This document shows, piece by piece, positions 11,729 through 23,024 of a stretch of 45,865 bases of DNA (the stretch's first letter is position 1; each line of letters starts with the position of its first letter). The DNA lies in the NCBI GenBank assembly GCA_048213135.1, contig PS015036.1, positions 1 to 45,865 on the forward strand, written 5' to 3'. The notes under the pieces are model-generated. The model was not told where the DNA came from, made no database searches, and was given only the letters and a program-made list of their open reading frames with translations. A program made the position numbers and the translations under genes. The stretch is from Reclinomonas americana ATCC 50394. Its lineage: Eukaryota.

Positions 11729-14700
11729 TTACTTGAAGAGCTGTCGGGCGGGTATTGTTGGTGGTCGGTCTCCGGGACTGGCGCTGGCACTCCGCGCAGT
11801 GCCACCAGACGAGTGACCCCCACCGGCTCGCCGTCCGTGCCTCGGTGGTGACAGGCGCGACACGAGGTGCTTGACATATCCACGCTCCATCTGGTGTCGA
11901 GCGACAACAATCAGTGACACGTACAGAAAGAGAGAGTAGACAACTTTTTTAACGCACCGCTCGCATGCTCTCCTCCAGATTGCCGCCGACTTCCACGACT
12001 CGGCGGATCGTGCTGATCTGCATGTCGAGACGCTCCTGTTCCACCTGTTTCCGACTGATGGTCTCCAGCAGTGGCCGTGCGCTATCTGTCGCTCCTTGTG
12101 GTGTTCGCCTACCATAACAGCCAGCAGCAGTGAGCAGGAGATTAATGGCACACACTCAAAAATAACGTTGATTATGAAACATACCCGACGATCATATCCA
12201 GCAAGTTGGGCGAGTCGTACAATTTGGCTGCATCATCATCAACGTAAGAAGCACGCACACTATCAACAACAGCAAGCAAGCAAATGCTCACCCTCTTCTC
12301 TGGCCTCAATCTCCTCGTCGACGTCGATGGTCAGCTTTGGGCCTGAATCACCGGCCTCCTGCACGTCAATAGTGTCAGATCTCGATATGTCACAGTCACG
12401 CATCTCTCGACAACAAACCTCGAGAGCTGCCATGATCAGCTTGTGCTTCTCGCCGCGCACAAAGTCCAACGAGAGGACCTGCCACTTGCCGAGGACTCCG
12501 GCATCGACAAGCAAGCGCACCTGCCAGCGACAGATTCAGATACAGTTGAAACCTCAATCGCACATCACAGCTTCGCTGCTCACTTGTTCTGTGCGCGTGG
12601 AGCTGGTCATGATGCCGCGAATGTGACTGCCATCGTCTTTTGGTGTGACAACAATGCCGCGGTAGTCGTCGGCCACATCCGGCACGCTGATGCGACTCTG
12701 TGACAGCGCCGTCGGCATGGGTGGTCGTCGCACACTCGGTGGCGCAGAGCCGGAACGCGACGATCTGTGCAGAGTGCGGCGTGAGGCAGCAATCGCGGAG
12801 AAGACCGAGAGTGGTCGGCGACACACGTTCGCGTCGATGATGAGGCCGTTGTGTCGGCACCACCTACTACGAGTGGCGCAGGACTGCCGCCGGCCGCTGC
12901 CACCATGCTGGGACGACCACGCCGACCAAATCGCGTGTTTGCACCCATACCAAAGGCAGTGGTCGACGAGCGTACCGGTGGAGGTGGGCCTGCGCACACG
13001 ATATCCCACGATCAGCGAGAGACGCGAGAATAAAGCAACACAACCAACACACACCACGCGAGTCAACACTCCACCACGGATTGCTGTGAAACTCGTCCAT
13101 CATTCCACGGATCTTGTCTTCGCTCACGCCCTTGTTGCCGTCCAGTGCTCCCGCTGATGCCTGTTGCAGCATGTCCTCCATGGCGCTGGATCGACACGTC
13201 CGATGAGCAACGGTAGAAGATGAAAGTGAGGGAGAAAAACACGCGCGCACACACCTGATGATATCGCGCGTTTGACTCGACGATCGCCCACGTCGGCTCG
13301 ACTGCGGCGCCGAACCCTCGCGCGACGATGGTCGACCACTCCATGTGCGACTCGCCGACGCTGTGCGATACACTGAGTGAGCGCCTTGGTCGAAGACAAA
13401 ACCACACATCGCCACCAATCAAGAAAACGCACAGGGTGCCGTCGGTTGCAAGAGAATCGACGGGTCGTACTGGTACGGCTTCCACTCCTCGGCACTCGGA
13501 CCACCGGCTCCATGCAGCGGCATGCCGGCGGCACTGGATGCGCTGCTGGATGGCACGGTGGCGCCCGCAGTCTCACTGGTGGTGCAAAGATGAGCACACT
13601 GCAAATAATAGCCCAACATTGTGTTTGCGGTAAGACGCAACGCCGTCGTAGCGGCAGTCGTGACCGACACTGGTGGAATGTAAAAGAGGGAACCGAGGCA
13701 CGCCTCTGTTGCATTCGGCTCGTTGGAGGCCAAAAACAGCTCAAAGTTCCAGAAGCGCACATCGCCTTCGGTGACACTCAACAGCGTCTTTCGTGGATCG
13801 TTGAATAATGACAGTCTGCGTGTGGCAAGCCGTCAGTCCGATGAAAAAATGGGAGGAGAACACAGTCCGTCGCACCGTTTCAACATTTGCTCGTCCAGAC
13901 AGCGCGGCTCCGATACGCGAAGATCGGCCGGATCCATGGAGATAATGTAATCGGGCAGAGTCGATCCTTCAACCATTTTCTGTGGCCAGTGTAAGCAACA
14001 GCGGGGGAGTGCGCGACAGAAAGATGTGCTGTGGGACCGCACCGTGTTGCCCTTGTGGCGGAAACGAATGTATTTGCGGTCGGGTCGCTCAATGGGCACG
14101 ATTGCGCCTCGGCGGAAGGCCTGCTTGAGGAAAATCAGACGGATTTTGCCCTCGTCGTCACCTGCGGCGACGAGCGTCACAATGCAAGTTTCGCGGAGAG
14201 TGACAGTGTAAAGTGCGACGCACCTGTCACGAGCACTTGTGTCTGCCTGTCGAACTCGAGCGAGGTGATGGCCGACGGTGGCACAGCCTCGGGATCGTCA
14301 GTGTACGAAATGCCGCGCTGCATGTGCTGCTCGTCGGGGAACGACGGATTGCGGAAGCTGCGGACAATGATAGTGAGTCGGGTGTCACAAAAAGAAATGT
14401 AGAGTCACACGCAACGTCATGAGACGGGTGAACTTGTTCTGTGCCGGATTCGTCGAGTAAAAGGTCAGCATGCCCGACGAGTCGCCCACGGCCAAGACTG
14501 GGAAGTGACTGAGCAGGCGAATGCACAGGATATCCTATCAAAGACGATCATGAGCAGCGTGAATGTGGAAGCAGTGTCATCGTCACCAAGTTGCTCACCG
14601 CTTCGCCCTCGTGGTGCACGGTGCCGAGGACGCTGCCATTGCGAATGTCGAAAGCAAATGCCTCGTGGCTGCCGGCAGCCGCACCAACGCTGAGCTCTTG

Positions 14701-15752
14701 TGACAGCGACAGCATGAGCAGCTCCACTTGCGACTGGTTCTCCTTGCGACGGCGACGTGCCAGTTGCTCGGAGGGTTTGTTCGTCTCGCGTTCGCCGAGA
14801 ATCTTGCCCTGCATCAGCAGCGACATGATGTCGACTCGTTGCACTGCGGGCGCGGGGAAAAGTCAGAAAGGAGAACACCGATGTGCGACACACGGGGACA
14901 AAACTGCGAGAGCGATCGCCGTGGACCGTGCCGCGCCGCAACGCCGCCAGATCCTCTGCTGTGTCGCTCATGTCGATTGACATTTTGCTGGCCTGTGGGT
15001 TGCCAAAGTCAGACGACGCACCGAGACGGACACGGAAAGCAAAGTGCTACTGACCGACGTGTGCACGCGTGTCTGAGCGCTGCCCACGAGCAGGCGTTCC
15101 GGACCAGCGATGCGATGCATCAGCTCCATGCCATCTTCACCGGCGCTGTACAAGTGCTGCATGTGTGTCGAGTGAGGCGATCAGTCCACAATTTGCTTCG
15201 CCAACTCTAATCACTGCGATTATCAGTCACGCAACAACTGTGCCATCCCACGAGCTGGAGACGAGGCAGTTTTCCGTCAACGCAAACGCAATGGAGGAGA
15301 CCTCGGCATAGTGCGGCGCCAGTTCTTGAATGACGGCACCCGTCGAGTTGTTGTGTTCCTGTGGCACAGCGTCAGCATCATGCTTCCATCTCCGTTGTGC
15401 GACAAAAGAAGCTGCAGTACCGTGAGATCGCCATTCGAGTTGCCGACGTAGAACTTGCGACCGGTCAAGTCGAGCGAAAAGGCGGTGATCTCGTGGCGAC
15501 TCACGTCTTTGAAGGTGTCTTGAATGCGCCCGGTGACGGCGTCCCACACGAGAATGGTTGTGTCGGAGCAGGTGTAGATCAGGTAGTTGACCGGATTGTA
15601 GGCGGCAATGGAGACCGACGATCGCAGCTCCTCGTCTTGTCGCGCGGCGGCGGTCGCTGCATCGGTGCCACTGACCGCATTGATGTCGACCTTGACCTTG
15701 TCCTCTTCGGACTTTTTGGCCACTTTCTTGCTGCAATCCAGACCCATCAGCC

Positions 15753-15800
<48 letters not shown>

Positions 15801-15827
15801 AAGAAGAAGAGAAGAGAGAAAGAGATA

Positions 15828-15865
<38 letters not shown>

Positions 15866-18504
15866 CGACGACGAACGTAACGAACGAACGACGACGACGA
15901 CGACGACGACGNNNNNNNNNNNNNNNNNNNNNNNNNNNNNNNNNNNNNNNNNNNNNNNNNNNNNNNNNNNNNNNNNNNNNNNNNNNNNNNNNNNNNNNNN
16001 NNNNNNNNNNNNNNNNNNNNNNNNNNNNNNNNNNNNNNNNNNNNNNNNNNNNNNNNNNNNNNNNNNNNNNNNNNNNNNNNNNNNNNNNNNNNNNNNNNNN
16101 NNNNNNNNNNNNNNNNNNNNNNNNNNNNNNNNNNNNNNNNNNNNNNNNNNNNNNNNNNNNNNNNNNNNNNNNNNNNNNNNNNNNNNNNNNNNNNNNNNNN
16201 NNNNNNNNNNNNNNNNNNNNNNNNNNNNNNNNNNNNNNNNNNNNNNNNNNNNNNNNNNNNNNNNNNNNNNNNNNNNNNNNNNNNNNNNNNNNNNNNNNNN
16301 NNNNNNNNNNNNNNNNNNNNNNNNNNNNNNNNNNNNNNNNNNNNNNNNNNNNNNNNNNNNNNNNNNNNNNNNNNNNNNNNNNNNNNNNNNNNNNNNNNNN
16401 NNNNNNNNNNNNNNNNNNNNNNNNNGAGAGAGAGAGAGAGAAAAGAAAGAAAGAGAAAGAAAGAAAGATGAAAGAGAAGGAAAGAATGAAAGAAAGAAAG
16501 AGAAACTGATGGCGTGGCATGCGCGCAACTCAAAGTAAAACAACTGGCGGCCTCCGCCCGCAATACGACGTAGGGGTGGAATGTACTTGAACGTGCGCAA
16601 TCCACCGTCGGCGCCGTCCGTGAAACTGCGCTCCATAAAGGTCTGCACGCAGCGGAAGTTGCGACTGGAGACACTCAACAGTCAGCACGGGTAGACGGTT
16701 GGGGAGAGGCTACTGCGCTACGCAACGTGTCCCACAGCTTGAAGGTTCCCGACTGTACACAAAACACCAGCAACAGTGAGGAAGTGGATCGCGGTCAGCA
16801 CTCAATTTATCACACAAACCACATCGGCTGTGATGACTTCTGGCGTGTCCGGGATGGAACAGACGCTGACCAGCGGCGCCAAGTGACCCTCCAAGCGGTA
16901 CAGTCGCTTGCAAATCAGCGGGTCCCACTGGCATGACACATAAGTGAGGAAAACGAAGGGAGGGAGTCACATGGGCGAGCGCCAACAAACCACATATGCG
17001 TGATGTTCGTAGCCGGAGCTGAACAGCATGTTGTAGAGATTGTCGTAGCTGAGCGACGCCACGCCCTTGGTGTGATCGCGCAGCACGCCCTTGGTTGTCA
17101 GTGTGCGAATGTCCCACAGACGAATGGCTGCGCGGCGCGCGCGCGTGTGAGTGCGATGAAAGAGAAGCGAACACTGAAAAGACAAACACGCACTGCGATC
17201 GAGGGAAGCCGAAATGACCATGTCGCGTTCGCCGACAGTGAGCATGTCTTGTACGGTGTTGGAGTGGGCGGAGATCTTTTCCGTCGCCCGAATGTCGTAC
17301 GTGGAGATCTGCAAGTGGAGGGTGAGCTGATTGAACCAAGGCGAGGCTGTGTTTCGATCTCACCGTCTTTTTCACGCGCCAAACAGACAGGTCACCGGTG
17401 ATGCTGCCAGAGAAGAGACGCTCTTCGTCTCGCGACCATCTCACGGCCTGTGATATATAAGAGGTGTGAGACTCTGAAAGGAGAAAGGAGGGCTGACTCC
17501 TCATCAACAAACCGTCTGCGGCAGACCCACAGTGGTGGTGGAAACGCTGCGGAAGAGTGAGCCGTCCCACAGCACGAAGCGGCCCTCCGAGTGCGACGAC
17601 ACGACGAGGTTCTCGTGCACAATGTGATCGGCGGCCACGACGGCGCCGCGTGCGTTTGGTCCTCGCAGGTCGCAAATCATTTCGGAAGTCTGGTGGAGGG
17701 GATTTAGGAGAAGGGAATAAAGGAGAAGGGAATTAAGGGGAAGGGAATTGAGGAGAAGGGAATGAAGGAGAAGGGGGAAGACAAGGGAAGAAGGGGAAGA
17801 GCGAAGGGGGAAGAGCGAAGGGGGAAGACCGAAGGGGGAAGACCGAAGGGGGAGGGGGAAGGAAGAGATGAGAGGGAGGAAGACGGAAGGGGGAATGCGA
17901 AGGGGGGTGGAACCAAGGAGGCAGGAAGTGGAGTGTGAAAGCTGACCTGCGCATTGTACAACTTGAAATGCTTCTCCTGATCGGCCACAAACAAAAACGT
18001 CTCCAGGCCCGGGAAGAACCACACACGATCGACGCCTCCCGGATTGTGCCGCGTCTCATCCGTGACATTCGGCGCCGGCTCAAACTCCTCAATATCAGCA
18101 AACTCCTCACTGGAGAACAGCAAGCCGCCCTCAATCAAATACGTGTTGAACTCCTCCCACGAGAGACCGCCGTCCGAGTTGGCGTCGATGCGATGAAACA
18201 AGTCGATGAGACTGTCGACGCGAAACAGTAAGAAACATGCATTGTTGTCAGAGAAGAGACTGCTGCTGGTCGCACCCATCGTGCACATCCTCGCCACTGG
18301 CCTCGAATCGCCCGTGCAATCGCTCGCCCAGCAGGTTGGCAAACTGGCCAAGTGACAGCTCACCGCCGGCCTGAGAATGAAGGAGAAGGTGAGTGACAAA
18401 GGGTAGAGAGGAGGACAAGAAGAGACATACTGAACTGAGCGACTGAGAGACTGAGAAACTGTGACAGAGAGGGGGACTGGGAGACTGAGCGACTGGGAGG
18501 GAGG

Positions 18505-18583
<79 letters not shown>

Positions 18584-19022
18584 GAGACGACGAGACGAGA
18601 CGACGACGACGACGACGACGACGACGAACGAACGAACAACACGACGACGGAACGGAACGGAACGGACGGACGGACGAGGACGAACGAACNNNNNNNNNNN
18701 NNNNNNNNNAGAGAGAGAGAGAGAGAGACAGAGACTGAGAGGACTGAGCGACTGAGAGACTGCGCGACTCAGAGACTGAAACACACTCAGAGACCGGAAG
18801 GGACTGCGAGAGAAGCACAGACACACACTCACAAACCTGTTCCCACTTGCGACGAAACACCAAGAAATCGGTGTCATTCAGCGACTTTACAATGCGCGTC
18901 GGCAGCGCCTCAACTCCGCGTTTCGCCCGCTCAATCTCCGCACGCGATGGAGACGCGCCCGAAGGCGACGACGCGCCAAGCATTTTAAAACGGGCAGTTG
19001 CGCGGGTGTCGCCGGCCTCCAT
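11729..19022 (-). CDS. EF-hand plus multi-WD40 protein (WDR49/CFAP337-WDR64-like, probably ciliary); many exons, two introns contain gaps
   Basis: N-terminal EF-hand LIDLFHRIDANSDGGLSWEEFNTYL followed by WD repeats (LFSGSITGDLSVW, AHSNTVQDML..ISASLDR, DHTKGVASLSYD, TCSDTTILVWD, LVSSSWDGTV, AAGDDEGKIRL, TEGDVRFWNF). Last exon ends ...PARQLFK* at 11729. The start could instead be the ATG at 18983. Confidence 0.7.
15759..15911 (+). repeat. Compound intronic microsatellite (AG)n-(GAAC)n/(GAC)n abutting a gap
   Basis: Directly visible. Confidence 0.9.
17700..17900 (+). repeat. Intronic purine-rich short tandem repeats (ggagaagggaat; gaagggggaagacc)
   Basis: Repeated 14-15 bp units. Confidence 0.75.
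18505..18689 (+). repeat. Compound intronic microsatellite (AG)n-(GAC)n-(GAAC/GGAAC)n abutting a gap
   Basis: Directly visible. Confidence 0.9.
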
Positions 19023-19276
19023 CACGTCAATCAACGAGTGTCACCGACGCACATCATGATCGTTTTGCGCAAGAGGCGGGCGGAGGGCGTGGAGAGCAGC
19101 GCTCTGAGTGTCATGAGTGGCGCATTCGACCAGCGAGGAAAGACGAGGCTTTCTCCGGGACAGCGGGTGTCACCTGCCTCCATCACGTGTGTCAACGAGT
19201 GTCATGTCCGCCCATCATCTGCACTGGTTATTGGCTTTTCAAGTTCGTGCGCGACAACTGTGTGAGAGAGAGAAGG

Positions 19277-21266
19277 ATGCATCGTCGACTGCGGCCACCA
19301 GTTGCGTCCGACACGAGCACCATGCGTGGCCAATGTGCGTGTGACTCACTTGTTGACAAACAGCCTGTGAGGACGACTGGCTCACTGCAATCGCTCTCCT
19401 CGCCGACCTCGTCGTTGGAGTCGAGCTCGTCTTCGACTGCGTATTCGTTTGGGCAACTGGTGGCGGCCATGGACGATCATATGGTGCGCTCGACGTCGTA
19501 TGATCATGAGGCGGTCGATGGGCCGCAGCTGGAGCAGCGGAGGTACACGGCCGAGGTCGATGCGCTGGCCAGTGTACTGTTGCAGCGTGAGAGGTGGAGC
19601 CAGGAGGTGCGTGACTCGAGGAGGAGAGAGAGCGAGAGGCAGAGGGAATATCGCATTCACGTCGTTGTGCGAACAGAGGCAAGAGCGAGAGAGCATTCGC
19701 GTGCGCGATGAGGCGACAGTGTTGCGAGAGCAGCTGGAGGAGGCGAAGCAGGTCGGTGGTGGCGTGTGATTGGTCACTGTGTGTTCGCTTTCCGCCTCAA
19801 TCGGTTGTTTGGGCAGGCGCTGCTGGTGGCGCAGGCGGAGAACCGAGCGCAGCAGGCGACTGTGTCTGGTTTGCGAGCGGTGCTGGAGCAGTCGGCGACG
19901 CAGACGTGGCAGTCGGTGGATCATGTGGCGGTGGTCATGCTGCGGGCGGCGGTGGACAGCGATGCCGATTCGGACGCGGTGGTCGCGTTGAGCGAACCGT
20001 ACGTCGTTGTCGTGCAGATTCTTCCTCTCTTTCTCGTGCTGACAAGGCGTGCGTGCGTTCATAGACTGGTGAGGCAGCTCTTTCCGATCCTGCAGCGAGC
20101 GCAGCGGGATCCGTCGGCGTCGCCCTCCGCGACCACGGTGTATTCGATTGAGCGTGCTATCGAGTCACTGGCGTCGGTGAGTGGGCACTCGCAAGGAGAG
20201 AAAGTAGCATATCGTGTTTTCTGAACGCGTCCACCAGGTGGAGCTGGAGCTGGCCGCACTCGTGCACCGCTCGCTTCCGTCCGGCTCACCGTCACGGTCG
20301 CCCTCGGCTGCGCGCACCCTCGGATCGCCGTACTCACCACTGGTCAAGACCGGAGAGCCGCTTGCAGCGCGACTGCACGCTCACGTGGACCAACTGCGCG
20401 ATCTGGTGCGCCAGTGCCACGCAACCATGCCGCGGCACAGCGTGAGCGCCAACAGCAGTCCCGCCAGCGGAAGCGGCAGTGTGTACAGTTCCCCGTCTGC
20501 CGGCTCACCACCGCGATCGCCGCTGATGACCTCGTCGGTGACGCGGTCGCCACCAGTCAGCCGCGGTCTCGCCGTGCTGCGCGACGAGACACGGGAAAAC
20601 TTTCTGCGTGGTGATCGGAAAATTACCGAGGTGCGGATCATGCAAGTCTCCCTCTCCTTTGTTTTCTTCGCTGACGGTGGTTGATGGGCAGATGGAGACG
20701 GCACTGGCTGACGCCACCTCGGTGCTCTTGTTGCGTCAACGGACTCTGCGCGAGGCAACGGCCTGTGTGGGCGGAGCTGCCGACGATACCAGTGCGCGAC
20801 AGCAAGTGGAGGCACTGCGATGTGAGGATCGCGTGGCGGGAGCGCAGGTTCGTGCATCAACAATGTGTGTACCTCCCATGATTGTTACCAACTCATCCCC
20901 CTCCGTGTGCGTGTTGGCAGATTGTCGCCGAGTTGAACCGCCTCCACCAGCTGACGGTGGAATCGTGGGAGGCCTCGAGAGAGTGCACGAGGTTTTTTGA
21001 TCGGTTAGCACGCGCGCAGCCGGAGACCGCGGAGCTCATGGCGCTGCGGGTGCGTGTGTGTGCATCCAACACCATGGGTCTTCGCCCTCTCAACTCTCTT
21101 CTCTTTCGCGCAGGAGGAGGAGCGACAGCGCGCCGACGAAAGACGGCAGCGCATTGAGCGAAGCCACGAACAGCTCGAGGCACTGCAGCGCTCACAGTCC
21201 GACCTGGACGCCGCATGGGCCGACCTGTCGCTCCGCTGGCGACAATTGCGTGCCACCGTCCTCTGA
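19277..21266 (+). CDS. Hypothetical multi-exon coiled-coil protein with Ser/Pro-rich linkers
   Basis: Helical E/R/L/A-rich exons (LREQLEEAKQ, ALLVAQAENRAQQATVSGLRAVLEQ, EEERQRADERRQRIERSHEQLEALQRSQ) separated by short GT-AG introns; stop at 21264-21266. Confidence 0.6.
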
Positions 21267-21382
21267 GTGAAACATAAAACCAAGCGTGTTTCCAGCATCC
21301 CATTGGGTGTTATTCTGCGCGTCACACAGTTCTCTCTCTCACACATACACAGAGAGGGGCGCAGGCTTGCGCGCGCTCACAC

Positions 21383-22954
21383 TTACAGGTCCTTGAGCAG
21401 GTTCTCTGCGCTCGTGGTCTCGAACGATCCCGGAGGCTCGACGTGGATGGACTGCGGAGAAGAGGGTGAGAATGAAGGGATGAGAATTCAAGCGAGGAGG
21501 GGCACGTGTACCTCGATGCGACCATTGTCGACAATCATCGAGTAGCGCAGCGAGCGAGTGCCGAGGCCGGCCACCGACAGATCGACAGCCAAGCCGAGAG
21601 CGTTGGTGAAGGCGCCCGACGGATCGGCCAGCATGGAGACCTTGCCGACGCACGACATGGACTCACCCCACGCCTTCATGGTAAAGGGGTCGTTCACAGA
21701 GCTGCGGAAAGGGGGAAGGTGAGCGAAGAGAGGAGAAGAGAGGAGAGGAAGGGAAGGGGGAGAAGAAAAAGAAGGAGAAGGGGGAGGAGGAGAAGAAGAA
21801 GAGGACGCAACAGAGGAGGAAGTGGAAGAAGAGGAAGAAGAGGAAGAATGGCAAGGAGAGAGAGAGCGAGGAAGAAGGAGAAGAAAAAAGAGGAGGACGA
21901 GAAGAAGAAGAACAAAGAAGAAGAACAAGAATGAAGGAAAAGAGGAAGAAGACCAAGAACAAGAAGAGAAGAAGAAGAAGAACACGAAGAAGAAGAAGAA
22001 GAAGAACACGAAGAAGAAGAAGTAGAACGAGAAGAAGGAGACGCAGAAGAAGAAGAGAAGAAGAACAAGAAGAGGAGAAGAAGAAGAAGAGGAGAAGGAG
22101 AAGAACACGAAGAAGGAGAAGAAGAATACCAAGAACAAGAAGAGGAGAAGGAGAAGAAGAGGGAGGAGGAGGAGAACAAGAAGAAACAAGAACAAGAAGA
22201 GGAGAAGACGAAGGAGAGCAAGAAGAGAAGAAAGAGAAGAAGAGAGGTGAAACAGCGTGATTGTCACAGGTGTGAATGGAGGGGAATGAATGAATGAATG
22301 CAGACAAGAGAGCGCGGGAGAGAGAAGTGAGAAAAGAGGAGGAGAGAGGCAGTGCGGAACACCACGAACGAGCACTGCATCAGTTGTCTTGCATTGAAAG
22401 AATCGCGATGCAGAAGAGGAAGAGGAAGAGAGGAGAGCCACTGGAAGCAACGCTGATGCTGCTGATGCAGAGGAGCAAGCAGCACGCCCGACAAAAAAGA
22501 AAAGAGAAAGTGAACGCAACATGCAGTACACTTCCTGCACGCCCTTCTTCTTCTTGAGCTCCTCTGCATGGTCGCGGAACGAGGGCACCTGTTGACACAC
22601 ACCAGTGAGCGAGAGAACACACACTCTCTGTGCCTCACACACACACGCAACATGCTTCAATGAGCACACAGGCGTGAACGCGCCAGGCACACCGACCTGA
22701 TGCAGCACACATATTAGTGAGCAAGCACTGATGCAGTGTACGCCTGTGTGTGAGTGTGTGAGAGCATACATGCACACCAGTGCGACTTTGCGATTGCGGA
22801 AGAGCTCCTCAGTGGAGACAGCGGGCGGCTTGGAGCCGGGTGCCAGGAAGAGCTGCACACCCGGAACAATCACGTTGCTGCCCTTGGTCACTTGCTTGGC
22901 AGCAGCGGCGGAGAAGGAGCGGCGAGTGAAGGGGAGAAGAGCGCGGGCAAACAT
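21383..22954 (-). CDS. PRDX5: Type II peroxiredoxin (PRDX5/Ahp1-like) with probable mitochondrial presequence; about 5 exons
   Basis: VGVPGAFTPVCSLKHVP, YCISVNDPFTMKAW, MLADPSGAFTNALGL and GLGTRSLRYSMIVDNG motifs; Arg/Ala/Ser-rich N-terminus MFARALLPFTRRSFS; last exon SIHVEPPGSFETTSAENLLKDL*. Confidence 0.92.
21705..22250 (+). repeat. (GAA)n/(GGA)n-rich low-complexity tract inside an ~820-nt peroxiredoxin intron
   Basis: Almost pure purine tract on the + strand. Confidence 0.9.
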
Positions 22955-23024
22955 GGTTGCGATTGAGAGTGGAAAGTCCTGCACTTTGCGAGACAACACT
23001 ACCCGCTTTTACACAAGGGCTCAC

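Noticed and set aside
15227-16678. Long ORFs spanning N runs (also 35103-37270 and 41720-44310)
   Set aside because: Artefacts of stop-free N gaps and microsatellites.
21506-22307. Phe/Leu/Ser-rich and Lys/Glu/Arg-rich ORFs
   Set aside because: Translations of an intronic GAA/TTC tract within the peroxiredoxin gene.
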